A stretch of DNA of 50,600 nt, from NCBI GenBank assembly GCA_026395795.1, contig JAPLYB010000036.1, positions 1 through 50,600 on the forward strand, read 5' to 3'. Below, piece by piece: positions 26,683 to 37,480 of the stretch. Made by a program: the position numbers and the translations under genes. Within the stretch, counting starts at the first letter, position 1; every line of letters begins with the position of its first letter. The notes below the pieces were generated by a model, which was given only the letters and a program-made list of their open reading frames with translations, had not been told where the DNA came from and searched no databases. The DNA comes from Candidatus Pacearchaeota archaeon. Its GTDB lineage: Archaea > Nanobdellota > Nanobdellia > Pacearchaeales > UBA284.

Positions 26683-28169
26683 AAATGCAAAAGCAGAGAG
26701 TACTGAAAATTTTCAAAAATAGAATGGAAGCAGCTTTATTTGTTCTATCCTTCTCTATTGCCTTGATTTTCTTCATTTGGCAAAAGAACTTTTTTTCATG
26801 GGATTTTTCAGTTTATATAATGAATGCAGAATGTGTCTTCAAAGGGATTTATCTCGAGCGGTTGAGAGCCCCCTTAGTGTCCTGGATCATGATTCCGTTT
26901 CTGATTTTTAGCAGACAAGTAGCAATTTACGCATTTACAATTATGACGACTATTTTTTATTTCTTAGCTTTAAAATTATTCCATGACAAATTTTTAAGTC
27001 AATACAAAAATTCGGAGATTTTTTATCTTATTGCAATAAACCCTTTTATTCTGGGTTTTGGTTTGGGGATGGGAAGTGAGCTTTTATCACTTGCTTTGAT
27101 TATTCTTTTCTTTACATTTGCCTTTTCATATTCTTCATTTATTTTTTTGGGCTTAGCAATGTTGACGAGATATTCAAACATAATTCTCTTTCCTTTGATT
27201 TTTTTTCAAAAAAGCATTAAAAAAATTCTCTTGGGCATACTAATCTTACTAATAGTCTTTTTTCCATGGTTTCTGATTAATTATCTCGGAACCGGTCATG
27301 CTTTGACAAGTCTAGGGGACTATTATGCTCTAAACTCCTTAGAACAAGCAAAACCCCAACTAGAAATAGGAAAATTTATTTCGCATTTATTCACAGTATT
27401 GAATGTTCTTATCCCATTTATTCTTGTAGGTATTTTTAGTTTAATCAAAAAATGGAAAAAACTAGAAAAGAAAGAAAAGATTTTAGTAAACTTATTAATT
27501 ATAATTTCGGTGTTAACTGTTCTAACTTACTTATTTAATCCTTTAAAGGACTCACGGTATTTATTTAATTTGATATTTCCAGCAACTTATTTTTCATTTT
27601 TAGGGTTGTCCTTTATTCTTGAAAAAATAAAGATTAAGAAAAATTTAATAATAAGACTTATTTTTATTATTTTCTTCACAGCATTAGCAATTTCTACTTT
27701 TTTTATAATGGAATCAAGAGGGAGGGGACTAGATAAAGAATTGATCCTGACAAAGCAAATAATACATGACCTACATAATAATTGCACAATTTCTTCAGAT
27801 TTATGGGTTTATTTTAACTGGCAAAATAGGGGGGCGATTCCGTCGCCATTCGCAGTACTCATTCAAAATGAGTCTCAAATATCTTTAATGACTAAAGAAG
27901 GATACAACATTATTTTATTCAAGCCGGGAGAAGCTTATCAGAAAAATATTCTTTTTATTCAGAATCTAAACACTTCAATTATAGAAGATAACAACAACTA
28001 CATCTGGATTCACAATAATGATTCATGCAAACAAACAGAGAAGGTTAACATGACTTATATGGACTCGATGAAATCCTTTGGAGAATTCTCTCAAGACTTT
28101 ACCGGTTGTGATGCTCTCTTGTTAAGATTAAAGCTGACAAAAATATGCAGAATTCTCCCATTTCTTTAA
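26679..28169 (+). CDS. multi-TM GT-C fold glycosyltransferase (PMT-like)
   Basis: WD..VY, R.PL, SELL, LTRY, DSRYL; about 11 TM helices. Confidence 0.75.
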   Translation: MKMQKQRVLKIFKNRMEAALFVLSFSIALIFFIWQKNFFSWDFSVYIMNAECVFKGIYLERLRAPLVSWIMIPFLIFSRQVAIYAFTIMTTIFYFLALKLFHDKFLSQYKNSEIFYLIAINPFILGFGLGMGSELLSLALIILFFTFAFSYSSFIFLGLAMLTRYSNIILFPLIFFQKSIKKILLGILILLIVFFPWFLINYLGTGHALTSLGDYYALNSLEQAKPQLEIGKFISHLFTVLNVLIPFILVGIFSLIKKWKKLEKKEKILVNLLIIISVLTVLTYLFNPLKDSRYLFNLIFPATYFSFLGLSFILEKIKIKKNLIIRLIFIIFFTALAISTFFIMESRGRGLDKELILTKQIIHDLHNNCTISSDLWVYFNWQNRGAIPSPFAVLIQNESQISLMTKEGYNIILFKPGEAYQKNILFIQNLNTSIIEDNNNYIWIHNNDSCKQTEKVNMTYMDSMKSFGEFSQDFTGCDALLLRLKLTKICRILPFL

Positions 28170-28187
28170 TTGAAGAGGTATCAAAGA

Positions 28188-28880
28188 TTATAATACATTC
28201 TCTAAATCTGCTTTCACAATGTAAGGGTATTTTTCTCCATTAATTATAAGAGAAGGCACTTCAGTTATCTCATACTTGGCTATCAAAGCTCTTGTAGCGG
28301 GATTTTCAGAGTTGACATCAAATGCAAAGACATGCACTTTTCTGCCCTCGCCTTCATTATTATGGGCGAACACAATCTGATCTAGTATCAATCCTTGATC
28401 TTCTGATCCTGCTGCCGACCCTTTAGGGTCATCTTTCTTGTTTGTGTAAAAGAATAGAACAATATTAAAATCTTCATGACAGTTATCTTTGATATTCTGA
28501 ACCATCATCAGAGTTTTGATTTCTATCAATTCATACATTTCTTTTTGAAGCATAACATCTGGATTTTCTTTTCCCATTCTCTTTTCAAGAGTGGTTAAAG
28601 TATCTCCAAGACTGACCTTTGTCCCCCAGATATCATCCCAATTAAGATTGCAGATGCTTTCATTCCCAATAATCTGATCTCTAACTTCTAATCCCATGAT
28701 GCTTGAAAGTAACTTCTCTTCTCCTTGCCTAAACTGTTCAATTCTAGAAGAAGCAACATAATTTCCTAGAAAGAATCCAAGTAAAAATAATGCGAGTGTG
28801 GCTATAAGTGCGGCAACAAGTAATTTGCTTGTCTGTCTTGTTTCTTTTGCAATCTCTTTCATCTTATTTTGTTTATTCAT
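28188..28880 (-). CDS. membrane-anchored protein with C-terminal thioredoxin-like fold
   Basis: N-term TM; VLFFY...QGLILD...KYEITEVPSLIING. Confidence 0.6.
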   Translation of the reverse strand: MNKQNKMKEIAKETRQTSKLLVAALIATLALFLLGFFLGNYVASSRIEQFRQGEEKLLSSIMGLEVRDQIIGNESICNLNWDDIWGTKVSLGDTLTTLEKRMGKENPDVMLQKEMYELIEIKTLMMVQNIKDNCHEDFNIVLFFYTNKKDDPKGSAAGSEDQGLILDQIVFAHNNEGEGRKVHVFAFDVNSENPATRALIAKYEITEVPSLIINGEKYPYIVKADLENVL

Positions 28881-28887
28881 TTGTTAT

Positions 28888-30183
28888 CTATACATGTTTT
28901 TTCTGCTTTTTATCAACATCTGTATGCATATGTCCCCATTGCATTTTTAGGTTGAATATATATTTTATAAAACCTTCTAATTGAGTGTATGCTAAAAACC
29001 ATATATAGGGAATAAAGAACACCAGGTAGTCTAAAAGACTTATTTTTTCTTTTCCATATCTCCTTGCAAACACAAAGAATAACACAGAGATTAATATTGA
29101 AAAAAACCCTAGCACAACCTTTGGGTCAGATGCAGCAATACTTAAATCAAACAAACTTATTCTAAAATCTAAAATAGGTCTCCATCCGATTGACCAGCTT
29201 CTTGCAGTATAAAGCAAAGCATAAATTATTGCATAAATAAGGAGTAACAAAGATAGCATTAGCAATCCTAAACCAAGAACCACTGTAATTGGAAGAAAAA
29301 ATGTTCCAACAGCACCATATTTTGGAGAAATCATGTAAGGATAATCTTTTAATAATGCTTGAAAAGTGCCATGCCCCCACCTAACTCTTTCAGTTCTAAG
29401 CTTCCCTAGTTTTTCAGGGGCAATAAAATAAACCTTATCTTTAAGATATGCTATCTTATAGAAATGCGACTTAACTCTCAATGCCATATCGAAATCTTCT
29501 GTCCATGTATGCTCATTGTAAAGTCCTGCTTCTTTGAAGAATTCAGTTTTAAACACCGTGAAAGCAGGAGTAGCGCATAAAGAGCCCACTCTCCCAAGGA
29601 GCTCTCTATAGAAATTGGACATTACATACTCAACATATTGTAAACGAAGCAAGAAATTCTTTTGTAAAGGAATCAAAGGAGCAGTAACAACCATAACAAG
29701 TTCGTCTTTTTCAAAAGCACCGATTGCATTTTTTAAAACATTTTTTGTAATGAACGTATCTGCATCAACAGGAGCAACAAAATCTGTTTTCAAATGTTTG
29801 ATTACATATTTTATCCCTTCATTGACAACTGGTGCTTTTTTTCCTTGACTTTTTTCCCTGTTAAGCAGAATTATTTCTCTAACCTTAGAATTATACTTTT
29901 TTATCAATGTTTTTACGATATGCGCAGTTTTATCTTCACTTGCATCGTTGACAACAACAATATTTAGTTTTCCTTTATAGTCCTGTTTCACGATGCTTTC
30001 AACACACCTTGTTATGCAGTTCTCTACATTTCTTGCAGGAATAACAAAAGAAACATCTGGAAATGTTTCGGTAGGATGGATTTTCTCATCTTTTTTTAAT
30101 ATAAGAATTAGAAAGAAAAAAGATATAAAAAAACCCACAAATAACAGAGGGTACACCAGCCAGCTAGGTAATGCAGGTAACAT
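28888..30183 (-). CDS. processive-type GT2 glycosyltransferase (PgaC/cellulose synthase-like)
   Basis: VNDAS.D, DAD, TED, ERVRW (QxxRW variant), C-terminal TMs. Confidence 0.88.
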   Translation of the reverse strand: MLPALPSWLVYPLLFVGFFISFFFLILILKKDEKIHPTETFPDVSFVIPARNVENCITRCVESIVKQDYKGKLNIVVVNDASEDKTAHIVKTLIKKYNSKVREIILLNREKSQGKKAPVVNEGIKYVIKHLKTDFVAPVDADTFITKNVLKNAIGAFEKDELVMVVTAPLIPLQKNFLLRLQYVEYVMSNFYRELLGRVGSLCATPAFTVFKTEFFKEAGLYNEHTWTEDFDMALRVKSHFYKIAYLKDKVYFIAPEKLGKLRTERVRWGHGTFQALLKDYPYMISPKYGAVGTFFLPITVVLGLGLLMLSLLLLIYAIIYALLYTARSWSIGWRPILDFRISLFDLSIAASDPKVVLGFFSILISVLFFVFARRYGKEKISLLDYLVFFIPYIWFLAYTQLEGFIKYIFNLKMQWGHMHTDVDKKQKKHV

Positions 30184-30242
30184 ACCTAAAAATCAAAAGT
30201 ATTGTTTATATTATTATCTATCATTTAATACAAGTATCAAGA

Positions 30243-31094
30243 TTATCCAAAGATTTTAGAGATAGCTAAAGCTAAGAAAGTTATAATTAATAGTATCACT
30301 GAATGCTTCACACCAGACTTCAAAGATCCTTCACTTAACTTTCCAACAACAAGTCCGGTGAACAAAGCTTCGATTAAAACCAGAATGAAAAAAGAATTTT
30401 TGATTATTCCAGACGAATCAGACCCAGCATAACCTCCAGTGCTTCCAAAAACAGCAGCTGTTTCAGATCCTGAGAAAGAATTAAAAATGAGGGGCATGAA
30501 CTTGATTTGCACAAAAAGCATGATAACTAAAAAAATCAAGAAAATAATATATCCCTGAACAATCATGCTATAAACTCTTGAAGCTCTTTCTTTTTTTATT
30601 TCTTCGATTTCTGAAACGCTGGTGACGACTGCATCTAAAACACATCCTATTTCTCCGCCAGAATTCTCAGCTTCTATTATTAAAGCGACAGATCTCAAGA
30701 TCACCTTATTATTTGTTTCTCTGGCAAAGGTTTGCAGTGCTTGTTTAACTGGAATTCCAAAGCTAACCTGGCTAGCAAGTTTCTTCACATGCAGCGTTAA
30801 AGATCCATAATCCTTTTCAGAAACACTTGCTATACTTTTGGATATAGGTGTTCCTGCCTTAACACTTTCTACAAGATTTCTGGCAAATTCAAGGAACATT
30901 GTTTCTTTTTCTTTTTCTTTAGATTCTCTAACTAAAAAAGAAAGTAAAAAAGGAAGAAGCGCAACAATAACTGCAATTCCAATTGTTAAAAAAAGCAACT
31001 TAGACTTTAATAAAAAAAGAAGCGAGGCTATAATAATCAATATCCCAATAATTATTGAAATTAATTTTATTTTATTTATTGTGTGTTTTATCAT
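30243..31094 (-). CDS. type IV pilus / T2SS-F (TadC/ArlJ-like) membrane platform protein
   Basis: F.R.L.ESVKAG, YGSLT, AENSGG, GLVVGKLSEGSLKSGVKH. Confidence 0.88.
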   Translation of the reverse strand: MIKHTINKIKLISIIIGILIIIASLLFLLKSKLLFLTIGIAVIVALLPFLLSFLVRESKEKEKETMFLEFARNLVESVKAGTPISKSIASVSEKDYGSLTLHVKKLASQVSFGIPVKQALQTFARETNNKVILRSVALIIEAENSGGEIGCVLDAVVTSVSEIEEIKKERASRVYSMIVQGYIIFLIFLVIMLFVQIKFMPLIFNSFSGSETAAVFGSTGGYAGSDSSGIIKNSFFILVLIEALFTGLVVGKLSEGSLKSGVKHSVILLIITFLALAISKIFG

Positions 31095-31100
31095 TTTATT

Positions 31101-32360
31101 TTAAATCTCTGGTTGTGTTATCTGTAAAAAAAGAATGAAGAGTATGTTTAAAACAACAATTGCAACAATTCCCAGATTAGCTAGGAAAGGTACGCTCAGT
31201 CCAGCAAAACTTGCACCCACACTCCCCATGAAAGATAAGACAAGCATTAATATAAGGGGGGCAACAATTAGCAAAGCAGTATAAATATCAGAATACATGC
31301 CTATGATATTAGAATATTTTTCCCTTGATAATTTATAGTCTAAAAGCACATCCTTTGATTTTTCTTTTAAATAAACCAATAGATCTCCTCCAGAAATAAT
31401 GATTGTAGAAATTCCATTAAGAAGTTCAGAGAATTTTCTGTTAACAGAAAGTTTAGACACATTCCTTAAAGCAGTGGTTAGATCATAGCCGTAGATGTCC
31501 ATCTGATTTTTTATTTTTTTCATTTGACTGCTAAACATGGGGTATTCTTTTGATTCAGCCATTATTCCAAACATCTTTGAAGGCTCAATTTTACTAGATG
31601 CAATTGCAGCCATATGAGAAAGGGCAAAGGGCATCTCTGATTCTAATTTTTTAGAATTTCCTTGAGCTTGCAGATTTGGATAAGCAAGTAAGAATACAAA
31701 TAACAACGCAGGAATTATTAAAGATATCAAGACATTCCTCGAAATTGTTAGGAATGATCCCCCCAGGGATAAAACAAGCGCGAGAATTACAGAAACGATC
31801 AAGATGGATATAGTAAGAAACAACATCAAAGAGATATAAGAAGTTAAAATGAATGGCATGCCTGCTTGTTTAAGATTCTTGTCTAAAAAAGAGAAATTTT
31901 CACTTAAATTTTTAGCTGATTTTTTAAAGACTTTGTTTGAAAAAATAACAAATTGACTAGGGTTCCTTATCTCAACTTTATCCTCCTCTGCCCTATTCAT
32001 TGCTCTAGAACTTCCAGTTTTTACACTCTTCTTTACATCAGCAATCTTCAGCTCATCGAGGTATCTTGATCTGTCTTCCTTATTAACAAAAACAGACCCT
32101 CTAGAAGTTATGATTCTTTTGTACTTTTCTTTGTTTTTCCTATCACTATTTTTACTGTCAAAAGAAATATCATTGCTCATTTCTAGTATGCTGTTGTTAA
32201 TTATCTCTAACTGCCCAAAATATGATTTAAAAGAACTCTCTAAAAATTTTCTTTCGTCTTGACTAGCAGAATGATATGCCTCAAGTAAAGCAGTTACATC
32301 ATTAGATATGCTCTCCTCTTTTTTTACGTTCTCTTTCAAATATTCCATTGATTCATTCAT
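31101..32360 (-). CDS. type IV pilus / T2SS-F (TadC-like) membrane platform protein
   Basis: EMPFALSHMAAIASS, YGYDL..AL, SGGDL..YL. Confidence 0.85.
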   Translation of the reverse strand: MNESMEYLKENVKKEESISNDVTALLEAYHSASQDERKFLESSFKSYFGQLEIINNSILEMSNDISFDSKNSDRKNKEKYKRIITSRGSVFVNKEDRSRYLDELKIADVKKSVKTGSSRAMNRAEEDKVEIRNPSQFVIFSNKVFKKSAKNLSENFSFLDKNLKQAGMPFILTSYISLMLFLTISILIVSVILALVLSLGGSFLTISRNVLISLIIPALLFVFLLAYPNLQAQGNSKKLESEMPFALSHMAAIASSKIEPSKMFGIMAESKEYPMFSSQMKKIKNQMDIYGYDLTTALRNVSKLSVNRKFSELLNGISTIIISGGDLLVYLKEKSKDVLLDYKLSREKYSNIIGMYSDIYTALLIVAPLILMLVLSFMGSVGASFAGLSVPFLANLGIVAIVVLNILFILFLQITQPEI

Positions 32361-32362
32361 AT

Positions 32363-32554
32363 TCAGTCTCCTTCTTTTGTAAAAGAACTCAAAACTTCAC
32401 TGATCTCTCCACAGAGTTTTTTTAAATTATCTTTAGTTCTTAAGAATTCTTTTTCATTTCCATTGTTTAAGTAAGATTCCAATTCAAAAATTTCTTTTTT
32501 AGCAGTAAGAATCAATTGAGTCAAAAAAAGAATCTTATCTTCGATTATAATCAT
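32363..32554 (-). CDS. small hypothetical protein in pilus operon
   Basis: 63-aa ORF tightly packed between ATPase and platform genes. Confidence 0.55.
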   Translation of the reverse strand: MIIIEDKILFLTQLILTAKKEIFELESYLNNGNEKEFLRTKDNLKKLCGEISEVLSSFTKEGD

Positions 32555-32568
32555 TTTTTGTTTAAGCT

Positions 32569-34191
32569 CTATTCCCCCGATTTTATATTATATTTCTCTA
32601 AAACCGATTTTGGATTCTTATAATAATCTTGAATTACTCTCTGTATTTGGGTGAAATCAAAGATTTTTTTATTGAATAATTCCAGTAAGATTTTGGTTCT
32701 TAGCTCAAATTCCTGCAGCAAATTCTCTTTTTCAAACCCGTATCTTTTACAGATTTTGTCAAAGACAAAACTGTCTGTCTTGAAATAGAATACGTCTTTT
32801 TTTGGATCCCAAGAAAATAGTTTGTTTGAATCTGTTTCCCCATGAGCTCCAATTTCTTTGACTTCTATAACTTCCTTCAGTTTTCTCGTTTCCTGTTTTC
32901 CCGCAACTGCATGAGTCATGACAACTAAAACATCTAAAGTGTTAAGCAAAGTTGGACTTAAATTAATTGGGGGGGTTTCTAATCTCTGGATAACACTTTC
33001 AACAGAATCTGCATGAATCGTAGACATGCTAGCATGACCAGAAGCCATCCCCTGGAATAGAACCGCTGCTTCCTTTCCTCTAACCTCTCCAACAATAACG
33101 TAGTCTGGATTTTGTCTGAAACTTTCTTTAAGCAAAGTAAACAAATCAATCTCTCCCCTCCCTCCAACACCTGTCCTAGTAACGCTTGGAAGCCAATTCT
33201 CTCTTGGAAGTTGCAATTCTCTTGTATCTTCAATAGAGACAACACGGGCCTCAGGCGGAATAAAGAAAGCGATTGCATTTAACAAAGTCGTTTTTCCAGA
33301 TCCTGTTCCGCCAGTTATTAATATATTGCATTTATACTGCATCAAAATCCAAAAGTAAGCGAGCATCTCTGGGCTTAGAGTATTCAGTTTTATCAATTGA
33401 ATTGGAGTGATGGGTACCTTTGTAAATTTTCTTATTGTAAACGTCGGACCCTTGCTGGATATGTCTGTAGTGTAAGTTGCATTAACTCTCGATCCTTCTG
33501 GCAAGGTTCCATCTAACAAGGGACTTGCATAAGAAACATATCTCCCGCATCTCTGCGCAAGTTTCTCAACAAAAGTAGCAAGTTTTTTAACATCTTCATA
33601 GATAACATTGGTTCTAAGATTTCTATAAATTCGGTGCACAATATAAACTGGAGAATTAACTCCGTTGCATTCTATGTCTTCTATAAAAAAGTCCCTCATC
33701 AAAGCTTCAATTTCATTAAAACCAACAAAATCCTTGTAAATATAATAGAATATCCTAGAATAACTTTCTTCACTTAACTTTTGCCCTAATTCGTCCAACA
33801 CAACTTTTAATAATTTATCAATGTATTCCAGAATGCCTTCTGATCCTTTGTTAGAAACAGTGCTGACATTAATCATTTCTGCAATTGCCCCCTCAACTTC
33901 ATTCAAAATTTCTTTCTCCTTTTCATTAAGCAGAGGTTCTTCGATTTCGTAGACTAATTCTCCTATCTCCCTATTCCAATATATGTGACAAGAAACATAA
34001 GGAACAATCAAAGCATAACGCACATCAATCTTTGTCTTGTCTCCCATTTTAATGAGATTTGGGGTTTCTGGATTAAGATTAACAAGATTTCCTCTAAGTT
34101 GTGGGGCTCCCCTTAAAGGGGACTCAATGCCGGAGTTCATACCAGATTTCACGTTTTTTGGAGTATTGAACACAGGAACATCTAAGCTCAT
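32569..34191 (-). CDS. type II/IV secretion ATPase (VirB11/ArlI/PilB family)
   Basis: GGTGSGKTT, SIEDTREL, RQNPDYVIVGEVRG, GHASMSTIHA. Confidence 0.93.
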   Translation of the reverse strand: MSLDVPVFNTPKNVKSGMNSGIESPLRGAPQLRGNLVNLNPETPNLIKMGDKTKIDVRYALIVPYVSCHIYWNREIGELVYEIEEPLLNEKEKEILNEVEGAIAEMINVSTVSNKGSEGILEYIDKLLKVVLDELGQKLSEESYSRIFYYIYKDFVGFNEIEALMRDFFIEDIECNGVNSPVYIVHRIYRNLRTNVIYEDVKKLATFVEKLAQRCGRYVSYASPLLDGTLPEGSRVNATYTTDISSKGPTFTIRKFTKVPITPIQLIKLNTLSPEMLAYFWILMQYKCNILITGGTGSGKTTLLNAIAFFIPPEARVVSIEDTRELQLPRENWLPSVTRTGVGGRGEIDLFTLLKESFRQNPDYVIVGEVRGKEAAVLFQGMASGHASMSTIHADSVESVIQRLETPPINLSPTLLNTLDVLVVMTHAVAGKQETRKLKEVIEVKEIGAHGETDSNKLFSWDPKKDVFYFKTDSFVFDKICKRYGFEKENLLQEFELRTKILLELFNKKIFDFTQIQRVIQDYYKNPKSVLEKYNIKSGE

Positions 34192-34269
34192 TCTTTTCTT
34201 GCCTCTTTTTATTCAATATAGAAGGAAAAATTATATTTAAATGTAACGAAAAGATAAATTTATTAGTCG

Positions 34270-34917
34270 ATGTTTAGTCAAGGTTCTATGACTCAGTCAA
34301 AAAAACTAAAAGAAAAGATTATCGGAAGGGGAGCAGAAGCTATCTTGATTCAAAAAGGCAAAATACTTATAAAAAGAAGGGTTAAAAAAAGCTACAGGCA
34401 TGAACAAATTGACTCTTTTCTTAGAACCTCAAGGACAAAACATGAATCAAAGATCCTCCAAAAAGCTTTTGGTTTGATTTCTGTTCCACAAGTTCACAAA
34501 ACAACAGAATTTGAAATAAGCATGGATTTCATTAAAGGCAAAAAATTAAGCGATTATCTAGATAATTTTTCAAAAAAAGAATCACTCAAGATATGTAAGA
34601 AAATAGGCCAAGAAGTTGCAAAGATTCATCAAGCAGACATTGTCCATGGAGATTTAACCACAAGCAATATGATATACAAGAATAAGAAGGTCTTTCTAAT
34701 AGATTTCGGCCTGGGTTTTCATAGCACACGTGCAGAAGACAAAGCAGTAGATATCCATCTTTTACGAGAAGCACTTGAATCGAAACATTTTAAAAGATGG
34801 CAAATCTACTTTCAAAAAGTGCTAGACGGCTATAAGTGGCCAAGTTCTTGTGCTGTATTAAAGCAGCTTGAAAAAGTTGAGCAGCGCGGAAGGTATAAAA
34901 ACCGAGAAAAATACTAA
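34270..34917 (+). CDS. bud32: KEOPS complex kinase Bud32
   Basis: GRGAEA, K.R..KSYR, VHGDLTTSN, IDFGL, EDKAVD, RGRY. Confidence 0.93.
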   Translation: MFSQGSMTQSKKLKEKIIGRGAEAILIQKGKILIKRRVKKSYRHEQIDSFLRTSRTKHESKILQKAFGLISVPQVHKTTEFEISMDFIKGKKLSDYLDNFSKKESLKICKKIGQEVAKIHQADIVHGDLTTSNMIYKNKKVFLIDFGLGFHSTRAEDKAVDIHLLREALESKHFKRWQIYFQKVLDGYKWPSSCAVLKQLEKVEQRGRYKNREKY

Positions 34918-34947
34918 ACTATTCACAATAAAAATAAAGAAAACAAA

Positions 34948-35145
34948 ATGGGACGAGTAAAATCTTTACCTATAAAACGAGCAACAAAGGAATTATTAGA
35001 GAAAAGCCCTACTCTATTTACCAAAGATTTTGAAGAAAACAAGAGGATGGTAAGAAAGGTTGTAGAAGCTGATAAAAAAACACAGAACAGTATTGCTGGA
35101 TATTTAACAAGATTAGTTAAAAAAGGGAACACAAAACACTTATAA
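34948..35145 (+). CDS. rps17e: 30S ribosomal protein eS17
   Basis: MGRVK...IKR...F..DFEENK...NSIAGYLTR. Confidence 0.95.
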   Translation: MGRVKSLPIKRATKELLEKSPTLFTKDFEENKRMVRKVVEADKKTQNSIAGYLTRLVKKGNTKHL

Positions 35146-35345
35146 TCCTCCTTCAAGAAAATTTTTTTATCTCTATTAATATTATCAATACTAGCTTAGT
35201 GATATCCTTTTTCCCCACCTGTTAAAGATATCGGTTAAAGAGAACGATATTATATCTTGCCTGTTTCGGGGGGTTCTAACAAAAGGTATATAAATTTAAG
35301 ACTATTCTCTAAGAAGTAACCTTATAAGAAGGAACTATAAGAAAA

Positions 35346-35639
35346 ATGATAGAAAAAACAAATGAAAATGTTGTTTTTATTGGTGGAAAGCCCTTCATGA
35401 ACTATGTGACAGGGGTAGTGATGCAGTTCACAACAAAAGGGGAAAAAGAAGTAGTAATAAAAGCAAGAGGAAAGTTTATTGCGAGAGCTGTTGATGTTGC
35501 AGAAGTTGCAACAAAAAGATTTTTGAAAGAACACGAGATTTCTGTAAAAGACATTAAGATTGACAGCGAAGAATTTGAAAACAGGGAAGGGAAGAAAGTG
35601 AATGTTTCCATAATTGAGATAACCTTGGCAAAGAAGTAA
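35346..35639 (+). CDS. albA: DNA/RNA-binding protein Alba
   Basis: VFIG.KPFMNYV, IKARGK.I.RAVDVAE, NVS.IEI. Confidence 0.95.
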   Translation: MIEKTNENVVFIGGKPFMNYVTGVVMQFTTKGEKEVVIKARGKFIARAVDVAEVATKRFLKEHEISVKDIKIDSEEFENREGKKVNVSIIEITLAKK

Positions 35640-35691
35640 TTAATTTAATTTTTTACTTTCTTTTTTATTTTTAGCCTACTTAGAAGAGACT

Positions 35692-36090
35692 CTACTTATT
35701 ATTTTTTGTGACTTCATAGTTGATGAAGTCTCTGACAAATCTCTGCACTTCCCAATCTACAAATCTTTTTGCGTTCAATTGGAATAAGTACAAAAAGGAT
35801 CCCTTTTCTCCATATTCGTACTTCTTAGAATTAGCAGTAGCAACTACCATTAAAACGTCTTGGAAGTGATCTTCCATTGAAAATTCAGATTTTTTGTTTT
35901 TAGATAACAAAACAATACAATATCTTTTCTCTTTATCAAAAAGCAGTTCTATCTTTGCAGGCAAGTTATTATACAAAATAAGTTGTTTTTGCCCTTTAGT
36001 AAAATTATTCTCAACTTCTTGCTGATATTGTACTAAGAAATTTTGAAAGAATGTTTTAATTTCTTCTGGATTAAGAGTATCTGCCGTCAT
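35692..36090 (-). CDS. hypothetical protein
   Basis: 132-aa ORF with GGTGA SD. Confidence 0.55.
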   Translation of the reverse strand: MTADTLNPEEIKTFFQNFLVQYQQEVENNFTKGQKQLILYNNLPAKIELLFDKEKRYCIVLLSKNKKSEFSMEDHFQDVLMVVATANSKKYEYGEKGSFLYLFQLNAKRFVDWEVQRFVRDFINYEVTKNNK

Positions 36091-36285
36091 TTTTCGTCAC
36101 CGTTTTTGTTTGTCTTTTTTCTGACTGTCTTTTTTTGTTCCTGTTTTATTACAGAGAATGATAGAAATGCCATTTAAAAAGTTTATTATTTTGTGCCATA
36201 TACTTTCCAACAAACTTTTTAAATAAATTCGATTAAATATCGACATCACAAAATTTTAAAATACCTCGTTTCTTGTAGTTTTCAT

Positions 36286-36357
36286 GCCAGTGTAGTTCAG
36301 CGGTAGAACACTGCTCTCATAAGGCAGACGTTGTGGGTTCGACTCCCATCACTGGCA
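36286..36357 (+). tRNA. tRNA-Met(CAT), probably elongator
   Basis: cloverleaf GCCAGTG/CACTGGC, anticodon CAT 36318-36320, GGTTCGACTCC; GCC start favours Met over Ile2. Confidence 0.9.
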
Positions 36358-36408
36358 TTTTTCTTAGAAATGCATATGAGAATTTGAATACAAACTTCTG
36401 CTAAAAAA

Positions 36409-36480
36409 CGGGCACGCCAGGATTCGAACCCGGATCAAAACCTCCGCAAGGTCTTATACTATCCGTTATACTACGCGCCC
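36409..36480 (-). tRNA. tRNA-Arg(GCG)
   Basis: minus strand GGGCGCG...AGACC-TT-GCG-GA-GGTTT...GGTTCGAATCC...CGTGCCCG. Confidence 0.92.
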
Positions 36481-36569
36481 TGTTTGACTCTGTACAAAAC
36501 AGAGATATGAATAAGAAAATTCAAAAAGGATATATAATTCTTATCATTTATACATAAAACAATGAAAAA

Positions 36570-37442
36570 ATGAAAAAAGTAAAGATCGGAAGGCTCACTC
36601 TAAAAAACCCTTATCTTCTTGCTCCTATGGAAGCAGTCAACGATATTGTGTTTAGAAAACTATGTTCTAAATGCGGAGCAGGTTTAGTTTACACTGGCAT
36701 GACCAACCCTTTAACACAGCAGAATCTCTCTCTGGAAGACAAGCCAGCAATACAATTCTTTTGCAACACAGAAAAGGGAGTTAAGGAATTCATTAAAAAA
36801 CATGAAAAAGAAACAAGACTTTTTGATTTCAATCTTGGCTGCCCCTCAAAACTTGCAAAAAAAGCAAATATCGGATGTTTTATGCTTGATGATTCTTCAA
36901 AATTAGAAATTATAGAAAAAGTTTTAAAAATTGCAAGAGAATCGACAAAGAAACCCTTGACTATAAAGATAAGAAAATCAAAAAACTCGCTTCAAGTTTT
37001 AAAAATAGCTGAAAAATATTGTGATGCTATAACAATACATCCAAGAACTTGTGCACAAGGTTATTCTGGAAAGCCAGACATAGAATTTGCAAAGCAGATT
37101 AAAAGATTGACTTCTCTCCCAATGATATATTCTGGAAATGTAAACGAAAAAAACGCAAAAGATTTGTTAAAATATTTTGATGCAGTGATGATCGGAAGAG
37201 AAGCAATTGGTAACCCAAACATATTCTCTAGATTAACAGGCAAAAAAAACCTTGTAACATTCAAAGATTATCTAAAAGAAGCGAAAAAACGCAAATTCTA
37301 TTTTAGTCAGATAAAGTTCCAGGCAATGAACTTCACAAAAGGTATGAAAAACGCTAAAAAAATGCGTTTAAGATTAATCCATGCTAAAAAATTAGAAGAC
37401 ATAGAATCAATTTTTGAACTTTCTCAGACAAAACATATATAA
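36570..37442 (+). CDS. dus: tRNA-dihydrouridine synthase (Dus family)
   Basis: LAPME, DFNLGCP, TIKIR, IHPRT..Q.YSG, MIGREAIGNP. Confidence 0.9.
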   Translation: MKKVKIGRLTLKNPYLLAPMEAVNDIVFRKLCSKCGAGLVYTGMTNPLTQQNLSLEDKPAIQFFCNTEKGVKEFIKKHEKETRLFDFNLGCPSKLAKKANIGCFMLDDSSKLEIIEKVLKIARESTKKPLTIKIRKSKNSLQVLKIAEKYCDAITIHPRTCAQGYSGKPDIEFAKQIKRLTSLPMIYSGNVNEKNAKDLLKYFDAVMIGREAIGNPNIFSRLTGKKNLVTFKDYLKEAKKRKFYFSQIKFQAMNFTKGMKNAKKMRLRLIHAKKLEDIESIFELSQTKHI

Positions 37443-37480
37443 ATTAAAAATAACTATTATTTTTAGAAAAAGAGGGCAGT

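Noticed and set aside
30243-34191. Archaellum operon
   Set aside because: No archaellin, arlH, arlF or arlG; ATPase plus two platform genes fits an ordinary type IV pilus locus
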